Shown here piece by piece: positions 16,862-24,356 of a stretch of 41,822 nucleotides of DNA (position 1 is its first letter; the number at the start of each line of letters is the position of its first letter). Source of the stretch: a virus (Duplodnaviria > Caudoviricetes). The position numbers and the translations under genes were made by a program. Below the pieces are notes generated by a model. It worked only from the letters and a program-made list of their open reading frames with translations, was not told the DNA's origin and ran no database searches. The stretch covers positions 1 through 41,822 of IMG/VR virus record IMGVR_UViG_3300033406_000375, one strand, 5' to 3'.

Positions 16862-17542
16862 CTATTTGCTTTTTCCATATAAAACATCGCCTAATGATTT
16901 AGGCCCACTCGGTGCGCTTGATCCCATATGAAAACTAGGGTCAGCAGCATCCTTCCCTATTTTGATTAGGGCATCATAAAGCGGCTTGACTGCGTCCGGC
17001 GCATATCCGGCCAACGCTGTCATAGCAGCTTGAAAAGCTTCTGGCGTGTTCTTGTCGCCGTACTTGGTTAACAGAGCGTTTACCTGCCCGACATTCTTCT
17101 CGAAGTCGGATCCCTGCTCGGCCTTAATAGCGTTAATTGCTTCACCATACTTGGATTCACACTGCTGGTTAATGTCAGCAATAACCCGTTCTGCAAGGTG
17201 AGCGCCTACGCCAATCAGCTTATCGGCCTGCTCACCGGAAATACCTAGTTCCTTGGCAAGCGGTAGAAACTCGCCCATAATGGCTTCATCAGCCGTGAAA
17301 CCTTCCGGTAGAGTTGGCTTATAGTCGGCCAACAGGTCGGGCTTTGGATCAGCAGGATTACCCGTTGTCGGATCAGGATTATTTACCGGCTCCGTTGTTG
17401 GGTCAGGTGTAGGGTTTGGATCACTTGGCGCTGGATCAGTAACCGGATCTGGTGCCGGATCACCCTCTGCAAATAATTGCAAGTCAAATGCGCTCTCGAC
17501 GGCGTTGGTGTTACCCTGTGCCGCGGTCATTTGGTCAGTCAT
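16862..17542 (-). CDS. Capsid scaffolding protein
   Basis: Acidic with Pro-Asp repeats, AKELGIS.EQA, ends DVLYG; FDLQLFAE motif near the N-terminus. Confidence 0.8.
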   Translation of the reverse strand: MTDQMTAAQGNTNAVESAFDLQLFAEGDPAPDPVTDPAPSDPNPTPDPTTEPVNNPDPTTGNPADPKPDLLADYKPTLPEGFTADEAIMGEFLPLAKELGISGEQADKLIGVGAHLAERVIADINQQCESKYGEAINAIKAEQGSDFEKNVGQVNALLTKYGDKNTPEAFQAAMTALAGYAPDAVKPLYDALIKIGKDAADPSFHMGSSAPSGPKSLGDVLYGKSK

Positions 17543-17566
17543 GGTTGAACCTCCTTAAATTTAGGC

Positions 17567-18133
17567 ATAAAAATAACGGCTCATAGCCGGTTACTCTACA
17601 ATCTGCCAATCATCGGCAAGTATGTCGCTGCTGCTCGGCACCCAATGAGCAAAATCGCCTTGCGCAGTAAACAGCATAAAATAAGGCCGAAACTTCATTA
17701 AGGTGCCTTCCGGTATTCCAGTAGCTTCGGCAGTATTCTTATTGATATGGATACCATCAGGATAACCCTTTTGCATAACGGCCCACATACCATGGCCGTT
17801 CCAGCCTTTACGGGCAACCTTGTTACCTTGTTTCATGTTCCGCAATGCTTCTCCAAAGGTGAACGTACTGATTATCTCTCCATTGAGAAGCTTACTGTTA
17901 ACGGCATCTGCCACTTCCCAATCGTCGGACAGGATGCTAGAGATCGTAAACAAGGTATCTTTAGTTTCCCTAAAGTCCAGGACTTGGCCATCTTTGCAGT
18001 ACATCATAATTTTGCCATCTTCAAGTCGCCAAAATCCCGACCAATGCGGGCGCTTAACATCTACGCCTTGTTTCATTAATTCCAAAGCTTTTCTAAACTC
18101 CAAAGTCAACACTCCCAAAATAAAAATAACGGC
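17567..18133. repeat. 14-bp direct repeats, each part of a terminator-like hairpin, bracketing the DUF2829 gene
   Basis: ataaaaataacggc at 17567-17580 and 18120-18133. Confidence 0.8.
17591..18103 (-). CDS. Tandem DUF2829 protein (Tad2-like anti-defence sponge family)
   Basis: Two copies of F..AL..MKQG..V.R..W ... IL.DDW.(V/I); the second has ARKGWNG, PY and WVPS..D; likely TTG start. Confidence 0.8.
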   Translation of the reverse strand: MEFRKALELMKQGVDVKRPHWSGFWRLEDGKIMMYCKDGQVLDFRETKDTLFTISSILSDDWEVADAVNSKLLNGEIISTFTFGEALRNMKQGNKVARKGWNGHGMWAVMQKGYPDGIHINKNTAEATGIPEGTLMKFRPYFMLFTAQGDFAHWVPSSSDILADDWQIVE

Positions 18134-18169
18134 CTTTCGCCGCTTACTTAACTCACATAGCCGGGTATC

Positions 18170-18466
18170 TCAACTACCCTCAACCCCTTCCCGTATCATC
18201 TTTTCTACCTCGTTGGGCACAATACCATATATCTGCCGGTGTATCTCAATAGCAACACCCTGCATAGCTGCTACACGGTAAGCCTGTGCGCTGTTGTGAG
18301 GGTTTGGCTGATTGTATTGCAACAACCATAGCACCCAATACACAAACTTGCGCCCCTGTGGGGTATTCATTTGCGCTTGAATCATGGCGTTAAACTTGTC
18401 ACGTTCAAGCTTGGCAGTTTCATCTTGCTTTTTCTGCTCTTGCCTGCGTCTGTCACCTGGTAGCAT
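18170..18466 (-). CDS. Bbp19-like head-region protein
   Basis: TPQGRKFVYW motif; immediately after the portal gene. Confidence 0.6.
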   Translation of the reverse strand: MLPGDRRRQEQKKQDETAKLERDKFNAMIQAQMNTPQGRKFVYWVLWLLQYNQPNPHNSAQAYRVAAMQGVAIEIHRQIYGIVPNEVEKMIREGVEGS

Positions 18467-20155
18467 CTATTCCACCCCCAAGAATCGAGTAAGCGCATTA
18501 TCCTGATCCATTTGCATCTTGCTTGCTTGCCCGGCCACATTAGCCATTGCCTGCGCCTGCTCAACCATTTGCTGCTGTTCCGCGTCTTGTCGCTGTTGCT
18601 CTTGCATCTCCTTAACTTCATCATCAGACCGCAGCATTCTACCAGGCGCACCAGACATTTTAGCAACTTCGTCAATGGTCTCCATAGTATTAACCTTCAT
18701 TACCACTGTTGGATCAAGTGCTGCCAACCTCTCTGCATAGGTCAAGGTAGTGTCAATCCGGTCAAGGTCAACCATCTTCTGAGCCTGAGCCAGTACACTG
18801 ACATACTCGGTCTTGATTTCTTCGCCCTGCAATGCCTCCAGCGCATCCTCTGTCACATAGTTTTCAATAGGTGGGTAGGCTTGCGCTTCAGTGGCGTAGT
18901 TGTATTCGATCTCAGTAATCGGGTTAAGGTACTCAGTATTAACGTTTTCCAACACCGGCCCAAGTGCCAGCATTCGCTCATTACGCCGCTGTGTTACCTC
19001 TGTTGCCGTCATGTTGGTATCATAGCCACCAGTGGTAATAGGCATAAACAAATCCAGGTAAAAGTCCTGTTTAATCTGTTCGCGCTTGTCCTGGATGGCA
19101 GCCCACATAATCTGTAATTGCGGGTTAGTTTCAAACAGTCGCCGGATAGTCGGGTCTTGCAAGCCACCAGCGCCAGGCTCAATGATGTTATGCTTGTTTG
19201 GTCGTCTATCAATAGCACCAGTAATAGGCGGTCCTTGTGTAGCAGGATTCAACTCTTGGTCGACAGCATCCATATAATCGAAGATCATTGTAGACAACTG
19301 CTGACAGTTACCCAGTGACACGCGCCCTGGTTGCATCTTGCCATATGTCTCATTATTGTTTGCATACCAACGCGGAGCAGCGAACGGTTGCCATTTGTAG
19401 CCCTTGACATCAATTATTTGCATATCATCATATTTTTTGTCTGGCAAATAGTATACAGACGCCCACGGCTTACGGAATGGTACAACACCTTGACTGTCCG
19501 GCTCGATCACGTGTCTCACTGTGTACTTGCCGCCTGTCGGGTTGGCTTCTGTTATCGAGTTGACAATATCTTTTGGCAAGGCCTTTTCTCCAAATAACCC
19601 CTTCAACTGCTCGGCCGTGTATTCAATTTCGCGGAATACGGTGTCCACAATCCCCTTACCATTAACTAAGAGATAATACTCGCCGATATTGGGAACCGTC
19701 CAGTGAGTTATTTTGTCATAGTCCGGCTCACAGATAATAAGCGCCGTACCAATAGCAGACAAATGAGCAAACACTGTGTAATTGCACTTATAAAAGTTAC
19801 TGCGGTGCAATATGCTGTAGTCTTTTTTTGTCACAGTGTCAAGCCATGACCTCAGCCCCGGAATGTCGTTGTAACTATCATCTGCCATAGTGCGCTGCAT
19901 CCAAGGCCGGGACGGTGACGCGATACTCGCAAACATTCCACTGGAACAATCAAGCCACGACTTTGTTGGCGTGTTGTCATATATAAGACTGTCCTCGCGT
20001 TCGCCACGGTCTTTATTGTTGGTGTGCAAGTAGCCTTTTAAATCCGGGGCGATATACGTCATAATATCTTCCCAAGTGGATTCGTAAGACTGCCGCACTT
20101 CCTTGGCCTTTTCGAATTTGCGGTCATAATATTTGATTGCTTTTTTTGCATCCAT
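18467..20155 (-). CDS. Portal (head-tail connector)
   Basis: SPSRPW, SNFY, APRW....ETYG, MTATEV..R..E....LGPV motifs. Confidence 0.92.
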   Translation of the reverse strand: MDAKKAIKYYDRKFEKAKEVRQSYESTWEDIMTYIAPDLKGYLHTNNKDRGEREDSLIYDNTPTKSWLDCSSGMFASIASPSRPWMQRTMADDSYNDIPGLRSWLDTVTKKDYSILHRSNFYKCNYTVFAHLSAIGTALIICEPDYDKITHWTVPNIGEYYLLVNGKGIVDTVFREIEYTAEQLKGLFGEKALPKDIVNSITEANPTGGKYTVRHVIEPDSQGVVPFRKPWASVYYLPDKKYDDMQIIDVKGYKWQPFAAPRWYANNNETYGKMQPGRVSLGNCQQLSTMIFDYMDAVDQELNPATQGPPITGAIDRRPNKHNIIEPGAGGLQDPTIRRLFETNPQLQIMWAAIQDKREQIKQDFYLDLFMPITTGGYDTNMTATEVTQRRNERMLALGPVLENVNTEYLNPITEIEYNYATEAQAYPPIENYVTEDALEALQGEEIKTEYVSVLAQAQKMVDLDRIDTTLTYAERLAALDPTVVMKVNTMETIDEVAKMSGAPGRMLRSDDEVKEMQEQQRQDAEQQQMVEQAQAMANVAGQASKMQMDQDNALTRFLGVE

Positions 20156-20159
20156 AGGC

Positions 20160-20348
20160 TTAACTCCCCAATGTCACTTTAGCTGTTGGCGCTACAGACG
20201 AAACATTCTTACTGGCTATAGTGGACTGGAATCCCCTGCGTTTCTTTTCCTGCTCTAATTGATTAGCAACGGCGTCTTCATTAGACGTAGTGTCAGCTTT
20301 TGTCACTGTAGTTGTGGCTGTGTTTACTTTTGGTTGTGATAGACACAT
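20160..20348 (-). CDS. Small pre-portal virion protein
   Basis: MC..P start, RRGFQSTI, ends TLG; strong RBS. Confidence 0.65.
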   Translation of the reverse strand: MCLSQPKVNTATTTVTKADTTSNEDAVANQLEQEKKRRGFQSTIASKNVSSVAPTAKVTLGS

Positions 20349-20449
20349 GTTATCGCCTCCAATCCTTTTCTGTCACTTCTGCGCCACATAAGGTATAGTT
20401 CAAGGCTTGTAACCTTGCTAATCCTGGCGATGTCACCTAACCTGTACAT
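20324..20449 (-). CDS. 41-aa hypothetical protein
   Basis: GGAGGCGATAACATG start; MYRLGDIARISKVTS... Confidence 0.45.
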   Translation of the reverse strand: MYRLGDIARISKVTSLELYLMWRRSDRKGLEAITCVYHNQK

Positions 20450-20630
20450 GTTATCGCCTCCTATTACACTCGTTTTGTATCCATTCCCAAAGTTCTGCTT
20501 TGCCCATTCTGGAAATAATCTTTCGAAGCACAAAATAACAACGAATATATCCAATGGTAAAGCCAATCCCAAAGGCTGTTATTAATATCCATAATTTCAT
20601 GTTCATCAGCGTTTCCATATTATCGCCTCC
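20346..20630. repeat. Three 15-bp RBS-start direct repeats
   Basis: cat(g/a)ttatcgcctcc at 20346, 20447 and 20616. Confidence 0.85.
20451..20618 (-). CDS. 55-aa single-TM protein (not in ORF track)
   Basis: GGAGGCGATAATATG start; METLMNMKLWILITAFGIGFTIGYIRCYFV... Confidence 0.65.
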   Translation of the reverse strand: METLMNMKLWILITAFGIGFTIGYIRCYFVLRKIISRMGKAELWEWIQNECNRRR

Positions 20631-21450
20631 CTCGTTTGAATGGGTTGTGGTTGGTTATGACTTCAGTACTAGTTCCTTTTCCTGCGGATTTAAAAACGCT
20701 CGCGGCTACATAACCGAGAGAGTCCATAGGATGACTGTATTCGTTTTTATCTGGTTCTTCTAACAACTGACCAGACGCAAGCTGCTTACGATGATAGCCG
20801 CCAGTAAATGCGCCAATCATAAATGTACAACGCGGGTCAATTAATAACATCGCTTGTCCTTGCGGCGTGGTCGTGGTCAGCAGCTTACGAATAGCCTCAG
20901 ATCGTGTTCCAAACGCAACCGGCCCGGGCAACACAGTAATCCCATAATCGGTACGCAATATATCTGTTGCGCTTCTTTCGTCGTTAGGGCTTCGATTGTT
21001 CCCTGCCGGATCACCGTAATCAATAAAAGGATTCTCAGGGAAATATGTTCCCGACTCTGATTTAACAGTTCGCGCAAATGGATGCAGACCGCTATTTAAC
21101 CCGTTAATCTCAGGATATAAAAGCAATAACTGACCAAATACCGTAGTCTGGCAGAACACGACAGCGGGGTTAAATGTCTGCCCATAGTCCCAACCTCTGA
21201 ATATTGGCCTGCCTGGTATTGGTTGAATTGGTTCTCTTGCCACGTGGAAGTCCATGCGAAATTCTTCGTACCATGGCTTGCCAGGATATACATGAAAGTT
21301 TATTTCATATTCACGCTCCCATTGTGCCTGCGTTAAACCTTTTTTCTGTTCGGCAACCCACTCTGGTGATTGCTTATCAGGATCGGCAGTATAGTGAATG
21401 CGGAGGACATGCACACCTTGCGGGGTTTTATATTCAGTTATGCCTTGCAT
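20620..21450 (-). CDS. Terminase large subunit, C-terminal part (lid and RNase H-like nuclease)
   Basis: WEREYE, RGWDYG, YGDPAG, HPMDSLGY motifs; own RBS (GAGGGTG). Confidence 0.85.
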   Translation of the reverse strand: MQGITEYKTPQGVHVLRIHYTADPDKQSPEWVAEQKKGLTQAQWEREYEINFHVYPGKPWYEEFRMDFHVAREPIQPIPGRPIFRGWDYGQTFNPAVVFCQTTVFGQLLLLYPEINGLNSGLHPFARTVKSESGTYFPENPFIDYGDPAGNNRSPNDERSATDILRTDYGITVLPGPVAFGTRSEAIRKLLTTTTPQGQAMLLIDPRCTFMIGAFTGGYHRKQLASGQLLEEPDKNEYSHPMDSLGYVAASVFKSAGKGTSTEVITNHNPFKRGRR

Positions 21451-22091
21451 TATATATCACCCTCACAAATGCGCTGAAAGAATCCGGGGCCAGCACTGCT
21501 TATCAGTGTTACTTTGCCGCCACCCTGAATAATAGGTTTTAACGCTCCCCATGTACCCTCTGCGCTTTCCCAGAACGCAAATTCGTCAAGCATGGCGTAT
21601 GAGGCGGTGTACTGTCTCAACTGGTCTGCCCCTTGTCCTATTGCCATAACATAACTACCGTTGTCAAAGTTAAGTCTGTATTGTTTAGAAACGCATTCAG
21701 GCCAATTATATTCAGTCGGCAGGTGATTATAAATAAACATCATTCGTTTATCTTGGATAAGAAAGTCACTATCATCTGCTTTTTTAGACTGAACAAATAT
21801 GGCTGAATTAGGTCGAAATATACCAGCATGCAGATGCAGTCCCAACATAATCCACGTAAGCAGCATACGGCGCGTCTTTGGTATTGCCAATAAGTTTTCG
21901 CGCTGCCACACCTCACAAACAAGTTGCAAATACTCTTTATCGGGATAATGTTTAACCATCCCGTTGTCAGCTTCATCCATGGTCAAACAGCAGTCTTGTA
22001 TCCAACGCCAAGGAACCGATGACCATTCGCGCATTTGGTTGCGCCTCTCGCGTTCAGCAATCGCCCGGGCTAACTGTTTGCGCTTATCCAT
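21450..22091 (-). CDS. Terminase large subunit, N-terminal ATPase part
   Basis: Walker A-like PKTRRMLLT, Walker B AMLDEFAF, coupling motif LISSA. Confidence 0.85.
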   Translation of the reverse strand: MDKRKQLARAIAERERRNQMREWSSVPWRWIQDCCLTMDEADNGMVKHYPDKEYLQLVCEVWQRENLLAIPKTRRMLLTWIMLGLHLHAGIFRPNSAIFVQSKKADDSDFLIQDKRMMFIYNHLPTEYNWPECVSKQYRLNFDNGSYVMAIGQGADQLRQYTASYAMLDEFAFWESAEGTWGALKPIIQGGGKVTLISSAGPGFFQRICEGDI

Positions 22092-22495
22092 TTCTCTAAT
22101 TCCTCGTCGGTCATTTGGTCAAATTTATCATCCGGCTTATCGGGTTCACTGGCGCCAGAATACTTCAACCTCGTATCAATAACCTTAGTAAGCCGATCTA
22201 AACACATTAGCCGCTCACTGATTCGCAGGTTATCGTCCTTAAACCAGTTATATAACTTATCTCGGGTATTCTGTAAAATATCCAGGTCAGTTGTGACAGT
22301 CTGCTTGATATGCTCATTGATTGTTTCTTTTGTTGCCTCGGTTCGTTCTTGCCGGTTTTCCTTAATAATCTTTCCAATGGTAACATGTGTTAAGTTTATA
22401 CCCTGTTTGGAAAGTATTTCGGAAATTTGTCTGTTGGAGTTCATTGCCGCCAACCCCATGATTTGCGCGACTATTTCGGCTGTTACTTTAGCCAC
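22070..22495 (-). CDS. Putative terminase small subunit
   Basis: N-terminal HTH, helical core, MTDEEL end; overlaps the TerL start. Confidence 0.65.
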   Translation of the reverse strand: MAKVTAEIVAQIMGLAAMNSNRQISEILSKQGINLTHVTIGKIIKENRQERTEATKETINEHIKQTVTTDLDILQNTRDKLYNWFKDDNLRISERLMCLDRLTKVIDTRLKYSGASEPDKPDDKFDQMTDEELEKWISANS

Positions 22496-22521
22496 GTTAC
22501 CACCTTCTTTCTTGGTAAGTT

Positions 22522-22725
22522 CTAAAACTGACTAACTGATTTCAAAACAGACTGCAACGCACTTCTGCGTTCTTTCAGCAGCTTTATTTCAAAATCAACT
22601 TTTGTTGCCTCCATCTTAGCCTGGACTAATCTAGGAGACTTCTCCGCAATCTCTTGCTCAATCTCCAATAATGCGCGCTGTAGTGCTGCCGGGTCACGTT
22701 CCTGCCGCTCTTTGTCACTTAGCAT
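22522..22725 (-). CDS. Coiled-coil hypothetical protein
   Basis: Heptad pattern; GAGGT RBS before MLSD. Confidence 0.6.
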   Translation of the reverse strand: MLSDKERQERDPAALQRALLEIEQEIAEKSPRLVQAKMEATKVDFEIKLLKERRSALQSVLKSVSQF

Positions 22726-22852
22726 TATCTTTACCTCTCGACACAATCATTGGAGGATGATCGGGACATGCAGTAATAACTGTGCCGCCTTTTATTACGG
22801 CTAGTCTTGCCTTGTCACAACATGCATTGCTTATGTATTTAATCTGTTGCAT
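22715..22852 (-). CDS. 45-aa CC..CPDH peptide (not in ORF track)
   Basis: GGAG RBS; MQQIKYISNACCDKARLAVIKGGTVITACPDHPPM...; resembles 25203..25397. Confidence 0.7.
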   Translation of the reverse strand: MQQIKYISNACCDKARLAVIKGGTVITACPDHPPMIVSRGKDNAK

Positions 22853-23192
22853 ATTCTCCAAACCTCCAAGCCCTATGAGCTATTTCCTTAATCTCTTCCA
22901 CCGGCTTACCTTCCCGCTCAGCAATTTTAGCAAACAATTCATCCTTGCTTATCTCACCAGCGTGGTTGGCACCGTGGCAGCCGGCCTGCATACTGGCTGG
23001 GCCGCACAACTTTATACAGTTCTCTTTTATATCCGGCCCACCAGCACCCTTGCCAATAACGTGAGCCACTTCCAAATTAAAAAAGCCGTCTGTCCACCTG
23101 CCGCATTTCTCGCAGTGGTCAATGGTTTTTACTTTCTTCATACCGGCTTTATCGACTACCCGCTTATTCTTCGGTATCGGCTTCCCCATCAT
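22839..23192 (-). CDS. HNH-type endonuclease
   Basis: CEKC..EVAHV..GAGG.D..EN.I.LC..CH..NH pattern; upstream of the terminase genes. Confidence 0.7.
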   Translation of the reverse strand: MMGKPIPKNKRVVDKAGMKKVKTIDHCEKCGRWTDGFFNLEVAHVIGKGAGGPDIKENCIKLCGPASMQAGCHGANHAGEISKDELFAKIAEREGKPVEEIKEIAHRAWRFGEYATD

Positions 23193-23371
23193 CTAAGCAC
23201 CCCAACCGCATTACCCTTCCACCCTACACGTACAGGCTCATGCACCAAATCAGTCTTGCCGTTAAACATATACTCAACACTACAGCGAGTACCGCTCCAA
23301 TGTATGCAATTCGGACAGTTTTGTTTGTCTTGCGGGTCTTTCGCATGATAGTAGTTGCATCCATTCTTCAC
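23189..23371 (-). CDS. Small Cys-rich hypothetical protein
   Basis: GGAGGCGATACC-GTG start; CPNCIHW..RC. Confidence 0.6.
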   Translation of the reverse strand: MKNGCNYYHAKDPQDKQNCPNCIHWSGTRCSVEYMFNGKTDLVHEPVRVGWKGNAVGVLR

Positions 23372-23397
23372 GGTATCGCCTCCTGTTTTTGGGCATG

Positions 23398-23419
23398 AAA
23401 AAAGAGCCTTGCGGCTCTT
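23398..23419 (-). terminator. Intrinsic terminator
   Basis: AAGAGCC-gcaa-GGCTCTT followed by a T run. Confidence 0.75.
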
Positions 23420-23477
23420 GGAATAATTTTTGCTTAAAATGCGGAATATTTTTTGGAATAAATTCCGTTTAATTTTC

Positions 23478-23502
23478 AAAACAAAAGCGCCCCGAAGGAC
23501 GC
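23478..23502 (-). terminator. Intrinsic terminator of the YjcQ-like gene
   Basis: GCGTCC-TTCG-GGGCGC followed by TTTTGTTTT. Confidence 0.75.
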
Positions 23503-23512
23503 AGTTATATTT

Positions 23513-23917
23513 CTATATTTTTGACTTTATTATTTCCGCAGTTACTTTGGCTGCAAAATCAGTAAGTATATCTAATCCCTGTTCAGTAAAAGTTTTGTGT
23601 ATTATATTAACTTTTTCTTTTTCGCTTAACGTTTTATCTATATTAAGCATAGACTCTACGTATTCTAACCCTTCTCTAGTAACCATCATTTTTCCCATAA
23701 TTGCAACACTGACACAAGTATCAGATCCGCTTCCACTTATTCCTGGGTTAGTTATATAACCTTCACTATACAACTTCTTAAGAGCAGTAATAAAAGCGTC
23801 GCTTTCTATCCCAAGATTTTCCTTAGGCTTCAATAATGCTTTTGGCATATCAGGATTATCCTTTTGATACTCCGTATAAACAGCCATTAACACTTGGTGT
23901 TTGGCGTCCAATTTCAT
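23513..23917 (-). CDS. YjcQ-like winged-helix protein (moron)
   Basis: LKKL..EGYI ... TREGLEYVE motifs; AT-rich; own terminator. Confidence 0.55.
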   Translation of the reverse strand: MKLDAKHQVLMAVYTEYQKDNPDMPKALLKPKENLGIESDAFITALKKLYSEGYITNPGISGSGSDTCVSVAIMGKMMVTREGLEYVESMLNIDKTLSEKEKVNIIHKTFTEQGLDILTDFAAKVTAEIIKSKI

Positions 23918-23949
23918 GTTAATCACTCCTTTTTGTCATTTACTAACAA

Positions 23950-23977
23950 CTTCGATATATATTGTAATTTCCCCTGC
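23950..23977 (-). promoter_or_regulatory. Possible sigma-H-like promoter
   Basis: GCAGGGGAAA-N11-ATCGAAG resembles the AGGA...GAAT consensus. Confidence 0.35.
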
Positions 23978-24081
23978 ATTAAATTTAACCGCCGACCGGA
24001 AGGAGGAACCAGTCAGCGGCCCAGGTAAGCATATAAAAATACCATATCGCGCATATCCACGAAATGGTCATAACTTCAATA

Positions 24082-24173
24082 TGGTGGGTAAGGCTGGAAT
24101 TGAACCAGCACCGTGTCTAGCACACTACGGATTTACAGTCCGCGCCGACTTAACCAGTATTCGGCTCTTACCC
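24082..24173 (-). tRNA. tRNA-Tyr(GTA)
   Basis: GGGTAAG/CTTACCC acceptor stem plus ACCA; anticodon arm GCGGA-CTGTAAA-TCCGT; long variable arm; T arm GCTGG-TTCAATT-CCAGC. Confidence 0.9.
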
Positions 24174-24252
24174 ATATACCGCCAGGCTTGGAACTGGCGG
24201 CGCAGCAAGTATTGCCTGGCCTTTCGACCAGAAATTAAGCGAGCGGCAACCA

Positions 24253-24289
24253 CAAATAAAAATAAGGCCAAACCTTTTTAGGCTGGCCT
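24253..24289 (-). terminator. Intrinsic terminator in the late-promoter leader
   Basis: AGGCCAGCCT-aaaa-AGGTTTGGCCT followed by TATTTTTATTT. Confidence 0.65.
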
Positions 24290-24327
24290 GTATTATGTAA
24301 ACTTCTTAGGGTCCCGTCTCTTTCCTC

Positions 24328-24356
24328 AATATACCACTTTGTCAAGTTTATTTCAA
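24328..24356 (-). promoter_or_regulatory. Sigma-A promoter facing the tRNA and late genes
   Basis: TTGAAA-17 bp-TATATT with an extended TG. Confidence 0.65.

Noticed and set aside
20346-20630. CRISPR mini-array
   Set aside because: Repeats are only 15 bp, spacing is long and unequal, the intervals are coding, and there are no cas genes
21440-21470. Intron or intein in terL
   Set aside because: The two ORFs overlap by one base, leaving no intervening sequence
12117-23348. Long plus-strand ORFs (12117..12731, 18512..19117, 22782..23348 and similar)
   Set aside because: They lie antisense to well-supported genes and show no RBS or recognisable motifs
24082-24173. tRNA as the attachment site
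   Set aside because: It is internal, far from the integrase, and no partial duplicate was seen
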